From assembly GCA_964584225.1 (NCBI GenBank), contig CAZOZG010000002.1:5127-69126 (forward strand): 64,000 nt of DNA, read 5' to 3'. Positions 18,805 to 29,094 of the stretch are shown piece after piece. This DNA comes from an uncultured Candidatus Saccharibacteria bacterium (GTDB taxonomy: Bacteria; Patescibacteriota; Minisyncoccia; Phycocordibacterales; UBA2100). The notes under the pieces are model-generated. The model did no database searches. It was not told the origin of the DNA and saw only the letters and a list, made by a program, of their open reading frames with translations. Positions within the stretch are counted from its first letter, which is position 1; the number at the start of each line of letters is the position of its first letter. Both the position numbers and the translations under genes were made by a program.

Positions 18805-19390
18805 GATCCTTCACGACGCGAAACATAAAGTGCACTTCTTCAAAGCCTCCGACCCAGAAACACCACACGCGTGAGCAGAAATAGGGCGAGAGGTTCGCGA
18901 AGAGATCAACGATCGAACCGAAGATGACACCAAACCAGTACTGATAACCAGCGAGTGTGATTCGCTTGAGATAGCGCTGCGCAAACCACGAGAGCCGCAT
19001 CGATTCTATTTTGAATTGAACTCCTTCGTAGCCGCCCTTAAATTTTGGATCAAAGTAAAGTGGGAAACTCACATCAAAACCGTGCTCGTGCTCCGGGTGA
19101 GAAAACCCGCGCGAGAAATGCGGCACACGAATCGAGACGAGTCCGCCGTTTTCCACGATCCGATGCAGCTCGCGCATCACCGCGAACGGCTTTTCGATAT
19201 GTTCCATCACGTGATCGGCTTCGACAAGTGAAAAACGATTGTCGGGAAATGGAAACGGCAGCTGATTGATGTTGTGCACGACGTCGGCGCCCACATTGGC
19301 TCGGAAATCCAAGTTGACATATCCGTCTTTCGGAAATTCACCACTCCCGAGATTGAGTTTGCGCGATTCCTCCGCGTGCATTGCGGGCAT
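18791..19390 (-). CDS. Class I SAM-dependent methyltransferase (type 11)
   Basis: KLNLGSG, GYVNLD, HVMEH, VPH; start uncertain (19381-19405). Confidence 0.8.
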   Translation of the reverse strand: MPAMHAEESRKLNLGSGEFPKDGYVNLDFRANVGADVVHNINQLPFPFPDNRFSLVEADHVMEHIEKPFAVMRELHRIVENGGLVSIRVPHFSRGFSHPEHEHGFDVSFPLYFDPKFKGGYEGVQFKIESMRLSWFAQRYLKRITLAGYQYWFGVIFGSIVDLFANLSPYFCSRVWCFWVGGFEEVHFMFRVVKDHGNV

Positions 19391-19405
19391 CGTAGCACAT
19401 CTCAC

Positions 19406-21262
19406 CTATCGCATCCACGCGTCGTACCACAGCTGGAATGTCATTAGGGTCCACAATTTTTTGCGATGATCGCGCGTGCCGGATTCATGCTCGTGCAACA
19501 TACGCTGAATTGGCTCTGGTTTGAAAAAGCCACTGCGGCGCACCGAGTCGGTGGATAGCAATTGATGCGAGAGATCGCGCAATTCTTTCTGCAACCAGCG
19601 ACCAATTGGCACCCCAAAGCCTTGTTTTTTGCGCCACACATTTTCCAACGGCAATTTTTCACTCATGAGCCGCTTCAAAAGGTACTTGCCAGTAAGCCCG
19701 CGATATTTATATGAGTACGGAAGTGCAGAGACAAATTCCACGAGCGTATGATCGAGAAACGGTGCGCGCACTTCCAAGCCGTGCGCCATGCTCGCACGAT
19801 CGACTTTGACCAAAACCTGATCCATGAGGTAGGTGCGCGCGTATGACCATAAAAGGTCGTGATGAAATTGTTCTTTGTCTGCATGGATCGAAAAGAATTG
19901 ATCAAGGTGCGCATACGGTGACCGGCGTGCGGGAGTAATCAAAAGATCATTCGCCTCGCGATCATTGAACGCGCCGAGCCACTGTTGATGCCGATAGCGC
20001 GGATCGGTATCCGCGCCTTCGATAAATTTTTTGAGGACGAAATCTGCACTAAAATAGCCGTGACGGACAGGTAACGCATTGATCACAGGCTCGATGAGCG
20101 AACTGCGCAGGGCACGCGGAATTGCGCGATACCAGCTCACAAATTGTTCTGCACGAAAGGTCGGATAGCCAGCAAACAGTTCGTCGGCGCCGTCGCCGCC
20201 GAGCGCGACCGAGACGTGCTTTTTAGTGAAGGATGACAAAAGGTACGTCGGCAGCACCGACGCGTCGGCGAGTGGTTCATCGATGTAGCGAAACACTTCC
20301 GGAATGAGCTCGACGCAACGCGCGGAAGAAAATTGCTCTGCCGTATGCTCAACCCCGATTGTTTTTGCAGCGATTTTCGCATATGTAAGTTCGTCGAAAT
20401 CTGCATCGTCGAAACCGATCGAGAATGTCTTCACCGGTGCACGCGAGGTCTTTTTTGCGTAGTACGCGACCGTCGAGCTATCGATACCACCTGAGAGGAA
20501 CACTCCTAAGGGGACGTCGCTCATGAGGCGCTTTTCAACAGCGCGCGAGAGATGCCGATCGAGCATCTCTCGCGCGTGTTCAAATGAGATCGAGTGTGAT
20601 TGTCGCGACAACGACCAGTAAATTTCCTCTTGCGGCTCACTCCCCTTTTTCGAAACGACGTAGCCACCTGGCTGTACCTTGCGCACACCTTTGAAAATCG
20701 AATATGGCGTCGGAACGTATTCGTACGTGAGATACATGCGCACGGCATCCGGATCAATTTCTTTTTTGAATGCGGGGTGCTGCATCAACGATTTCAATTC
20801 GGAGCCGAAAATCAAGGTGTCGTCGAATACTCCCCAGTACAGGGGTTTCTTCCCCATGCGATCGCGCACAAGATACACGGTGTCGCCACGATGATCGTAG
20901 AGCGCGAAGGCGAACATGCCCTCGAGCTTTTCAAACGCTTTCGCCCCGTATCGCTCGAAGAGCGCAAGAATCACCTCGGTGTCGGTGTTGCTCGTGAATA
21001 CGTAGCCTTGAATTTCTTTTTTGAGTTCTTGGAAATTATAGATTTCGCCGTTGAAAATGATGGTCGTGTGGCCGCTCGCGCTCGTCATTGGCTGATGACC
21101 TGCTGCTGATAGGTCGATAATCGAAAGACGCGTGTGCGCAAAACCAATATGACCTGCATACCAGATACCTCGATCGTCCGGCCCGCGGCGACCCAATGCA
21201 TTCGTCATTTTATCGAGCGTCGCCGTGTCGCCCTTCCCGTAAAATCCGCCGATGCCGCACAT
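19406..21262 (-). CDS. asnB: AsnB-type glutamine-dependent amidotransferase (probably sugar amidation)
   Basis: MCGI, RGPD, HTRLSIIDL, FNGEIYN, LSGGIDSS, GDGADELFAGY, KVDRASM. Confidence 0.93.
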   Translation of the reverse strand: MCGIGGFYGKGDTATLDKMTNALGRRGPDDRGIWYAGHIGFAHTRLSIIDLSAAGHQPMTSASGHTTIIFNGEIYNFQELKKEIQGYVFTSNTDTEVILALFERYGAKAFEKLEGMFAFALYDHRGDTVYLVRDRMGKKPLYWGVFDDTLIFGSELKSLMQHPAFKKEIDPDAVRMYLTYEYVPTPYSIFKGVRKVQPGGYVVSKKGSEPQEEIYWSLSRQSHSISFEHAREMLDRHLSRAVEKRLMSDVPLGVFLSGGIDSSTVAYYAKKTSRAPVKTFSIGFDDADFDELTYAKIAAKTIGVEHTAEQFSSARCVELIPEVFRYIDEPLADASVLPTYLLSSFTKKHVSVALGGDGADELFAGYPTFRAEQFVSWYRAIPRALRSSLIEPVINALPVRHGYFSADFVLKKFIEGADTDPRYRHQQWLGAFNDREANDLLITPARRSPYAHLDQFFSIHADKEQFHHDLLWSYARTYLMDQVLVKVDRASMAHGLEVRAPFLDHTLVEFVSALPYSYKYRGLTGKYLLKRLMSEKLPLENVWRKKQGFGVPIGRWLQKELRDLSHQLLSTDSVRRSGFFKPEPIQRMLHEHESGTRDHRKKLWTLMTFQLWYDAWMR

Positions 21263-21265
21263 AGG

Positions 21266-22204
21266 CTAGCAGTTTATCTTTTCAGCGATGCGATACGTGC
21301 GTTTGCCCTGCCCTTCGTAATAGATGCGCGTCAATACTTCCGCGATGAGCCCCATGAGAATGAATTGCACGCCAATCAAAATGAGAAAGATCGTGAGAAG
21401 CGGCAGCGGCGTCAGGATAAACGACACGCCCCAGGCAATTTTAAGTACGACAGCCCACAACCCGCATGCTGCTCCGAGAATAATGCTCGCAAAACCGACC
21501 AATCCGAAGAAATGCATCGGGCGCGCGAGGTAGGTCGTCAAAAACTTCACGACCAAGAGATCCAGGAGGACTTTGACCGTGCGCGAGAGATTGTATTTGG
21601 AAACCCCGTGCACCCGCGGGTGGTGCGTTACTTCGATTTCAGTGACACGCCCGCCATTCCACGCGGCATAGGCCGGGATGAAGCGGTGCATTTCACCGTA
21701 GAGCATAACGCCGTCGAGCGCGTTTCTTCGGTATGCTTTGAGCGAACAGCCGTAATCGCTGATGCGAACGCCGGTGACGCGCGCGATAAGCGCGTTGGCC
21801 ATTTTCGAAGGCAGGGTGCGCGTGAGCGAATTGTCTTGGCGATTTTTACGCCAGCCGGAAACGACGTCATACCCTTCATCGAGCTTCGCAACAAGACGCG
21901 GAATATCAGCGGGATCATTCTGGCGATCTGCGTCCATCGGAATGATGATGCCACCCTGCGCGAGCTCGAAGCCGGCAGCCATCGCCGCGGTCTGACCAAA
22001 ATTGCGACTGAACCGCAGTACACGCACTGATGTATCCATCTTCGCGAGTTCACGCAACTCGGCGAAACTTTCGTCACGCGAACCGTCGTCGACAAAAATA
22101 ATTTCATATTCGCCCATTCCTTTCACAACCGGCATGAGTCGCTCGTACAAGGGTTTCAAATTCCCCGCTTCGTTATAAACCGGTATGACGATGGAGTACT
22201 TCAT
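21266..22204 (-). CDS. GT2 polyprenol-phosphate glycosyltransferase (ArnC/GtrB-like)
   Basis: VIPVYNE, VDDGSRD, RNFGQTAA, MDAD.Q, HRFIP, two C-terminal TMs; start 22204 overlaps upstream stop (ATGA). Confidence 0.9.
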   Translation of the reverse strand: MKYSIVIPVYNEAGNLKPLYERLMPVVKGMGEYEIIFVDDGSRDESFAELRELAKMDTSVRVLRFSRNFGQTAAMAAGFELAQGGIIIPMDADRQNDPADIPRLVAKLDEGYDVVSGWRKNRQDNSLTRTLPSKMANALIARVTGVRISDYGCSLKAYRRNALDGVMLYGEMHRFIPAYAAWNGGRVTEIEVTHHPRVHGVSKYNLSRTVKVLLDLLVVKFLTTYLARPMHFFGLVGFASIILGAACGLWAVVLKIAWGVSFILTPLPLLTIFLILIGVQFILMGLIAEVLTRIYYEGQGKRTYRIAEKINC

Positions 22205-23580
22205 GAGCTTCGCTGTATCATACGCCGCAATCGAGCAATAAGATACGCCCCGCCGACGACTGCGCCGGTAAAGATCAACGGATTGATGGGATAACGATAA
22301 CGACCGTTTACCCCGGCGCCGGCAGACCACGAGAGACCGAGGTAATAGAGAACGCTCAAGAGCATGACGAGTGCGAAAATGCGCTGCGTACCTCCGCGTA
22401 TCACAAGGACGATTGAGCCGACAAAAAACAGCGCGCTCACGATGACCCAGAACAAGCGACCGACAAGCGGGACAATGAGTACCGGACCTGTCTCACTGAC
22501 GACGCGCTCGAAGGTTGCAATTGGCCCCTCTGTAATCAGCATGTGCGTCGGCGAAAACGTGTAGTCGAAAGAGTGCACGAGATTCCAGTGTTCGAGGTAA
22601 TACGTCCATGCGTCGTTCGTGAAAAACGCGATCGCAACCGAGACGAACGATTTCACCGTTGCGCCAGGGTTGTCGATCATAATGGCGAGCCCCTCGCGGA
22701 AGAGCGTCGGCGATAGCGAAAGATTTTGCTGAATCGTATCCAGCGGAATGTTGTGTCGCTTTGCGAAATCTGCTTCGAGCGCGTCTTTCGCGCTTCGCCA
22801 CGCAACACCGTCGCGATACGAAATAATCGTGGCACCGAGATCAGAGTACACATTTTGAAGGCCACCGGAGGAGAAGCTCACGACGCCAAAAATTCGGTCG
22901 TTTCGAATAAGCCACGGACTCGAAATGATGAGAAACGGAATAATCGCCGCAGCGACGTATTTCAGATATGCGCGCGGCGATTCGACCAAAAGCACGACAA
23001 GGATGAGCAACGCAGGTGTGAATTCTGCGATGGGACGCGTCAGCGCCGCGAGCGCGCAGAGCGCGCTCGCGGCGCATAGTGCAACAACCGATCGCTCGGT
23101 CACGTAGCGAAACACACAGTAGATTGCCAGCGTGTTGATCGTCGCAAACAACGTCTCCGTCAGAATCGAAAAATTGATAAAAATCGAATAAGGCTCAAAC
23201 GCCATGAGCGCTGCGGCGACGAGCGCGATGCGCTCGTCGCTCCCAACCATATACGCAATCTTGTACGTAAAAAGAATCAACACGAGTGACAATACAATTT
23301 GCAACCAAATGACCGGTAGGTCCGAGCCCGTTACCGACTCTGATGCCGCGATCATCAAGGGCAAGAGCGGTGTTCGGATACTGTCCGGCGCATATGGCGA
23401 ACTCGTCGCCATCGAGTATCCGTTCCCCGCGAGCATATTGTGCGCAAGTTGCGTGTAATTCCCGGTGTCACCAAGCACAAAAAAATCGGGTCGACCTGCC
23501 GAGTCGAGCGCCAAGAAAAGCACAAGTCGGAGGAGAAGCGCGAGCCCAAGAATCCACCAGAGCCTTTTGGGAATATTCAT
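22201..23580 (-). CDS. GT-C (PMT/ArnT-like) membrane glycosyltransferase
   Basis: D...Y..LA.N...G.GY, RTP..P, LTETLF, TRP, PWLIRN, RYRYP. Confidence 0.85.
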   Translation of the reverse strand: MNIPKRLWWILGLALLLRLVLFLALDSAGRPDFFVLGDTGNYTQLAHNMLAGNGYSMATSSPYAPDSIRTPLLPLMIAASESVTGSDLPVIWLQIVLSLVLILFTYKIAYMVGSDERIALVAAALMAFEPYSIFINFSILTETLFATINTLAIYCVFRYVTERSVVALCAASALCALAALTRPIAEFTPALLILVVLLVESPRAYLKYVAAAIIPFLIISSPWLIRNDRIFGVVSFSSGGLQNVYSDLGATIISYRDGVAWRSAKDALEADFAKRHNIPLDTIQQNLSLSPTLFREGLAIMIDNPGATVKSFVSVAIAFFTNDAWTYYLEHWNLVHSFDYTFSPTHMLITEGPIATFERVVSETGPVLIVPLVGRLFWVIVSALFFVGSIVLVIRGGTQRIFALVMLLSVLYYLGLSWSAGAGVNGRYRYPINPLIFTGAVVGGAYLIARLRRMIQRSS

Positions 23581-24674
23581 ATGCTCTTCGATGGCGCAGC
23601 ACGGAAAATCCAGCGGAGCGCGAAGAAACTTTCAAGCGCGATCACGATATTGGTAATGACGGCAGCAAGCATGTACCACAATCCAGCGTATTCGACCAAG
23701 ACGTACATCATCACCAAATTGATGGCAAGGTTGAATATCGCGACAGAAAAATGCTGCGACATTTGTGTGCCGATTCTCTCGGTTGCTGCGTTTCTGAAGG
23801 TCCAGTACTTTTGCATCGCGAAACTTGCCATAAACGCAAAGACAAACGCGAGCGCGGAGGAAAACAAATACCAAATGGAGACGTACTCCGTAAAAATATA
23901 GAGAAGCGCGAAGTTGATCACCGCTGCAAGTCCGCCGGAAATGATAAAACGCGTGACTTTCATCGCAGAACTTCTTCGATGTGCGCCGATCCCGAGTCGA
24001 GCGAGGAAAATCGCGAGTACGATTTCGATGCCGTGTACCCAATTGAGCTTTTTGCCACTTTGTTTCGTGCGCGCTGCATACGAAATTGGTATCTCGACTG
24101 CGCGGCCACTCCTGATGAGCACCAGCGTCAGGTCGACTGCATCAAAGACAAAGTCATCGTGCGAGGATTGTAGGAGCTCCCGCACGTACGCGCGCGGGAA
24201 CACTTTGTAGCAAGTGAATATGTCAGAAAGACGTGTGAAAAAAAGAATGTTAAACATCCGCGTCACCAACTCACCACCATGGAAAAAGATTAAGCTATAC
24301 GGGACGTTATTTTGTTGCATCGAACGGGACCCAAAAACAGAATCTGCGCGCCCTTCGATAATCGGTGCGAGCAATTTCATGTATTCAGCCGGATCGTATT
24401 CAAGATCTGCATCTTGAATAATGATGTATTCGCCGCGCGCCGCTTTCAATCCGTCTTTCACCGCTGCTCCTTTCCCACCGTTTCGTAGGCGATAGAGAAG
24501 TGTCACGTTTTCAAGTCCGCGTAATACCGATTTCGTCTCATCGCGAGAGCCATCGTCAACGACGATAATTTCTTTTTGCCATCCGCTTGGAAGAGGCGCG
24601 TTTTTGACGCGCCGAATGAGCTCGGCGATACTCGCCGCTTCGTTGTAGCACGGAATCACAACCGAAAGGGTCAT
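23577..24674 (-). CDS. GT2 (DPM1-like) fused to GtrA-like flippase domain
   Basis: VIPCYNE, VDDGS, GKGAA, QDADLEY; C-terminal 4-TM GtrA pattern (RFIISG...KYWTF); start 24674. Confidence 0.88.
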   Translation of the reverse strand: MTLSVVIPCYNEAASIAELIRRVKNAPLPSGWQKEIIVVDDGSRDETKSVLRGLENVTLLYRLRNGGKGAAVKDGLKAARGEYIIIQDADLEYDPAEYMKLLAPIIEGRADSVFGSRSMQQNNVPYSLIFFHGGELVTRMFNILFFTRLSDIFTCYKVFPRAYVRELLQSSHDDFVFDAVDLTLVLIRSGRAVEIPISYAARTKQSGKKLNWVHGIEIVLAIFLARLGIGAHRRSSAMKVTRFIISGGLAAVINFALLYIFTEYVSIWYLFSSALAFVFAFMASFAMQKYWTFRNAATERIGTQMSQHFSVAIFNLAINLVMMYVLVEYAGLWYMLAAVITNIVIALESFFALRWIFRAAPSKSI

Positions 24675-24755
24675 ATGAAAAAAGTGGCTCTCCCACTCAT
24701 TAAAAACACTCTCACGGAACGCTGCATCTATCAAGTCGCGTGCTATTGTAGGCGG

Positions 24756-26141
24756 ATGTCAGGAATCTTGGACACACTTTTCAGCCCGTTTCGACGCAAT
24801 CGAGGGCAGTCGTTCTTCGAGCGCGATCACGCGTGGTTTTTCTTGCTTTTCGCCTTTCTGCTGCGCTTTGCGGTCTTTTGTTTTATCCTGGTTTGTTTCG
24901 GGGACACGGGATTTTTCTTGTCGCCCTTTTCCGACGGTCAGGGATACGTCACGATTGCGCAAAATCTTCTCCCCGGTCACGGATTTTCGCTCGATACAGC
25001 CGAACCATATTCCGCCGACATTAAGCGCGTCCCGCTCTATCCGCTCTTTCTCGCGTCAACATTCGCACTCACAGGTGGCGCGTGGTGGCTCGCAGCTCTA
25101 CTGCAAGTCGTCATCGGCTCGGCCGTCGTCTTTTGGATATACCGACTCACTTTAGAGCTGTGGGAAAAACGTGCGGCATTTTTTGCGGCAGTCTTCGCTT
25201 CGATTCAACCATTCGCAATCTTTCTTTCGACGCAACTTTTGGCTGAAGCGCTTTTCTCGGCAGTACTTTTCGCGTCATTCGTGTTTCTTTTCCGCGCGCT
25301 TAGGTCAGAAAAACGATATGTATTTTTGATTGCTGGTCTTATCGCGGGCCTTGCGATGCTCGTGAAGCCTGCCGCTGAATATGTGCCCGTCTTGATGACT
25401 CCCCTCATTGCGCTCGCTGAGCGCGGTGTGAAGCGGCTTTCGAATCCTGTGCTCTATCTCCTCGGGATTGCTCTGATTATCTCGCCATGGATTATTCGAA
25501 ACGACATGGTCTCCGGTATTCCGACCATTTCGTATGAATCGAGCGTTCTCTTTTCGCTGCATCTTGCAGGCTACAACGCCTACAAAGCGACCGGCGCTGC
25601 CGGCAATGAGGCACACTATCGACCAGATGACACTTATGAAGCTGTCGTCGGCACACCACAGAGCGAATATTTCATGCGCGTGTTGCGGACGTTTGCGTCG
25701 GATCCGATCGGGTTTTCAAAATATCTCGCTATCACGACGGTGCCGTTTCTCTTCGGTGATGGGTTCGTCACCATTCACAACGCACTCACGACAAACTCGT
25801 CGGTGCCAGCGTGGGATTTCTCAACCTCCGCCTCGATGCTCGGACGCACCATCGGCTTTGGCGTTTTGCCACCACAGCTTCTGGTGTTGAGTATTGTGAG
25901 TAAAGCACTGTGGGCGCTCGTGTTGCTCGCGGCGTTGTGGGGATTTGTCTCTCTCGTGTTGAAAGGTACACTACACCTCTACGTCGGCATCGCGTGCGCG
26001 CTCGCAATTACGTATTTCATGCTCGCTGGCGGACCCGTGAATTCAGCGCGCTACCGGCAACCCGTCGAACCATTATTCTTCGTGCTTGCTGGAATTGGAG
26101 TCGCGAATATATGGTCACGCATCGAACGTACACAAAAATAA
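24756..26141 (+). CDS. GT-C (PMT/ArnT-like) membrane glycosyltransferase
   Basis: DGQGY..IA.NL..GHGFS, RVPLYP, LAEALF, KP, PWIIRN, ARYRQP; TATTGT 6 nt upstream of ATG 24756. Confidence 0.85.
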   Translation: MSGILDTLFSPFRRNRGQSFFERDHAWFFLLFAFLLRFAVFCFILVCFGDTGFFLSPFSDGQGYVTIAQNLLPGHGFSLDTAEPYSADIKRVPLYPLFLASTFALTGGAWWLAALLQVVIGSAVVFWIYRLTLELWEKRAAFFAAVFASIQPFAIFLSTQLLAEALFSAVLFASFVFLFRALRSEKRYVFLIAGLIAGLAMLVKPAAEYVPVLMTPLIALAERGVKRLSNPVLYLLGIALIISPWIIRNDMVSGIPTISYESSVLFSLHLAGYNAYKATGAAGNEAHYRPDDTYEAVVGTPQSEYFMRVLRTFASDPIGFSKYLAITTVPFLFGDGFVTIHNALTTNSSVPAWDFSTSASMLGRTIGFGVLPPQLLVLSIVSKALWALVLLAALWGFVSLVLKGTLHLYVGIACALAITYFMLAGGPVNSARYRQPVEPLFFVLAGIGVANIWSRIERTQK

Positions 26142-26142
26142 T

Positions 26143-26799
26143 ATGAGCAACGCTGTCGCTGAGGAAAATGCATTAAAGATGGAGCTCGCGGAAATCGTCC
26201 CGGAATACTATTCCCAATCCGGCATCGTGCAGTGGCTTTTTCACCGTCGGCTCAAGAGCGCGCTCGCGTTTCTGAAACGCTTCCCTGCGGCCTCGCTCCT
26301 TGACGCTGGCTGCGGTGATGGCTCATTTATGCAACTCATAGCGAGCGATGACACTTTGAAAGCCCTGCATGCGACTGGACTCGACATTAATCCGCGGATC
26401 ACGTCTCTCAAGAACGCAATGCCGCACTATTCGTTTGTAGTCGGAAGTCTACTCAAAATGGATCTTCCGGACGAATCATTCGATACAGTCGTGTCCCTCG
26501 ACGTGCTTGAACACTTTGAAAACGCCGACGTGCCCGTCGGCGAAATACGACGGGTCTTGAAAAAGGGCGGTCATTTCATCACGAGTGAACCTGTTGAGTC
26601 ACTACTCTATAAATCGCTCCGATTTCTTCTCAAGGGAACATTTTCGCAGGAGTCCGGGCCCGGCTCGAGCCCGCACCACTACAACGCACGCGGAATCGAT
26701 CAGGTCGTCCGCGCGGCCGGTTTTATCCGTCTCGAATCAAAGAAAATTCCCCTCCCCACCCCACTCGATCTCTTTCACATCAACTTGTACGAAAAGTAA
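26143..26799 (+). CDS. Class I SAM-dependent methyltransferase
   Basis: LDAGCGDG, FD......VLEH, RVLKKGG. Confidence 0.88.
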   Translation: MSNAVAEENALKMELAEIVPEYYSQSGIVQWLFHRRLKSALAFLKRFPAASLLDAGCGDGSFMQLIASDDTLKALHATGLDINPRITSLKNAMPHYSFVVGSLLKMDLPDESFDTVVSLDVLEHFENADVPVGEIRRVLKKGGHFITSEPVESLLYKSLRFLLKGTFSQESGPGSSPHHYNARGIDQVVRAAGFIRLESKKIPLPTPLDLFHINLYEK

Positions 26800-26835
26800 C
26801 TCACGCGGGAAACGCACGACGATGCGACCCGCGAT

Positions 26836-28017
26836 CTACTGCACTTCGCGGACAGGAACAGGAAATACGTATCGGTGCGGCCCGGATAATTTTTTCTTCA
26901 CTTCATCGAAATAGTCATGCACAAACACGACAAACACGTCGGGCTTGTGCTTTTCCAAATACGACATTGGCACGATCGGTATATGCGTTCCGGGAGTATA
27001 TTTATGCTGCTTAATCGGTGTCTCGTCGACAACAAACGAAATGAGGTCGGGTCCGATATTCCCGAAATTACATATTGTGGAGAGGCGCGCCGGTGCAGCA
27101 AAACCCGCGACGAGGAGGCCTTCCGACTTATACCTTTCAAGCGTTGCGCGAAGATCCGCAATTTGTGTGCGAGCTTCCTTCCCGAACGTAAGCACCCGCT
27201 CGGGCGTCAACCTGTTCGATTCATAGGCAAGATGCTGCGCCACGCTTTCACTCGGCGGTGCACCAGTTCCCTTCTTCTCTACGGTCGCTCGTAGCGAGCC
27301 ACCGTGAGAAGAAGTCTCTTCGACGTCGGACAAGTACATGCCATGTCGCTGGAACAGCTTTTCAAGTGATGTCACGGAGAAATACGAGATACGATCAAGG
27401 TAGAATCGCTCGAAGCGCATGTCTTTGAGTACCGTATCTACATACTCGATCTCGAGAATAAATTTCCCGTCTTCGGTGAGTAATTCTTTTACGTCATCGA
27501 TAAACGTGTGTGGATCGCCTAGGTGCGAAAACATGCTGAATCCTATTATCACGTCTGGCCGACCATGTTTCGAGACAATTTCTTTGACCGTTGTGGCATC
27601 AAAGAACGCGGTGATCGTTGTGAGGCCAGCTTCGTTGGCGATTTTAGATACGTTGATGGCTGGCTCGACACCAATTGCCGCAACACCCATTTCTTTCAGC
27701 GGTTTCAGCAGTATGCCATCGTTGGAACCGATATCAACGACAAATTTTGCGCGTGCCAATGTCTTTGCAAAATTCCTATAATGAGTAACAACGCCAGCAT
27801 TCACGGACGAAAGATGGTAGTAATCTTCAAACATTTTCTCTCGAGAAATTGTTGTCCCAATGTGTACGCTTTTACATGTTGGACAAAAGTACATTTTCAA
27901 CGGGTAAAATTCCTCGGTCGCAAATTCTTCTTTTGTCGGATACTTAATCGCAAGTGGTTGCCGGCCCAGATCAAGAAATTCAATGGTGTTTTCTGCGACG
28001 CATAGTCTGCATTGCAT
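26836..28017 (-). CDS. NDP-hexose C-methyltransferase family
   Basis: CRLC..FLDLG.QPLA, CPTC Zn motif, DIGSNDG.LL, PGTHIPI C-terminal domain. Confidence 0.88.
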   Translation of the reverse strand: MQCRLCVAENTIEFLDLGRQPLAIKYPTKEEFATEEFYPLKMYFCPTCKSVHIGTTISREKMFEDYYHLSSVNAGVVTHYRNFAKTLARAKFVVDIGSNDGILLKPLKEMGVAAIGVEPAINVSKIANEAGLTTITAFFDATTVKEIVSKHGRPDVIIGFSMFSHLGDPHTFIDDVKELLTEDGKFILEIEYVDTVLKDMRFERFYLDRISYFSVTSLEKLFQRHGMYLSDVEETSSHGGSLRATVEKKGTGAPPSESVAQHLAYESNRLTPERVLTFGKEARTQIADLRATLERYKSEGLLVAGFAAPARLSTICNFGNIGPDLISFVVDETPIKQHKYTPGTHIPIVPMSYLEKHKPDVFVVFVHDYFDEVKKKLSGPHRYVFPVPVREVQ

Positions 28018-28083
28018 ACGATGTGTTCACCACTATACCTTCTTTTGGTACTCGAGGAAATACAGCGCGTCAGAGTCGTGTCT

Positions 28084-29094
28084 TTACAGCCTCACGCGCT
28101 TGCCTGTCCGCGCCGATGTCCGTAAGGCTTCCATGACCTTCGCTTGCTGGAGAATTCTTGATCTCATCGACTTCATCTCTCCTCTATTCGTCTGTGTGAC
28201 GACATCATAGAAGTAGCGAAAACTAAGCGCGAATTGATTGACCGCCGGCACAGCGATCGTTTCGATCATATCTTTCATTCCATCATTTGTAATCAACTCA
28301 ACAAGCGGCACGAACGACGGCGGGATCGCAAACGCGCGGTTCGTGCGCACGATACCCTTCGATCCCCAGATCGAGTAGGTGTTTTGATAGTGATTATTAA
28401 AACCAAACGCCATAAAGGCGCTTCTGCCGCCGGGAAACTCTAATAGCGCGGAGCCGTGAACGTCGACCTCGTGACCGTTTTTGGAAAGAGTGCACATGAC
28501 TGCATGCGGTTCCTCGGCAAAAATTTTTCGGGCCATGAAGGCGGTGTAGCAACCACAGTCATTCAGCGCTCCGCCTCCTAGATCCTTTCGATAGCGGATG
28601 TCTTCTTGCGGGAACGGAGGAAACCCGTACGCCCCTTGCCACACCAGAGGAATTCCGATGGCTCCCTTTCGGAGGAGCGACATTATCCTCGCGTGCTGGG
28701 GATGAAATTCGGGGACGAAATTTTCATAGAGCGCGACGCCATATTTTTCTGATGCGCGGAGCATGCGCTTGGCGGAGGAAAGACTGCCGGTGATAGATTT
28801 CTCTACGATACAGTGCTTCCCCGCCCGCATCGCTTGCGTCACCCATCGTTCCTGCACGCCGACGGGAAGCGGACTATAGATGATGTCAATGCGTTTGCGG
28901 GCGATGAGCGATTCGTACGATTTTATTTCCAGGCTGTGCTTTGCCGCTCACGCGCTTGCTTTTTCCCGTGTACGACTCGCCATCACCACGAGTTCCGCCT
29001 GTTCTATGCTCCTCAAGGCACCGATGCCATACCGCTCGGCAATATTCGCCGTCCCCAGTATTCCCACGCGCAGTTTCCTTACAGGACGGCGCAT
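28084..29094 (-). pseudogene. NDP-hexose 3-ketoreductase-like Gfo/Idh/MocA oxidoreductase with in-frame TGA at codon 49 (28948-28950)
   Basis: From ATG 29094: MRRPVRKLRVGILGTANIAERY...ASRTREKASA*AAKHSLEIKSYESLI...IYSPLP..., continuing in the same frame into the 257-aa ORF (VEKS, DIRY...LGGGALND.GCY). Confidence 0.8.

Noticed and set aside
28948-28950. Genetic code 25/4 or selenocysteine at the in-frame TGA
   Set aside because: Many genes here end in TGA with ATGA coupling; the position is not a catalytic Cys site and no SECIS was evident.
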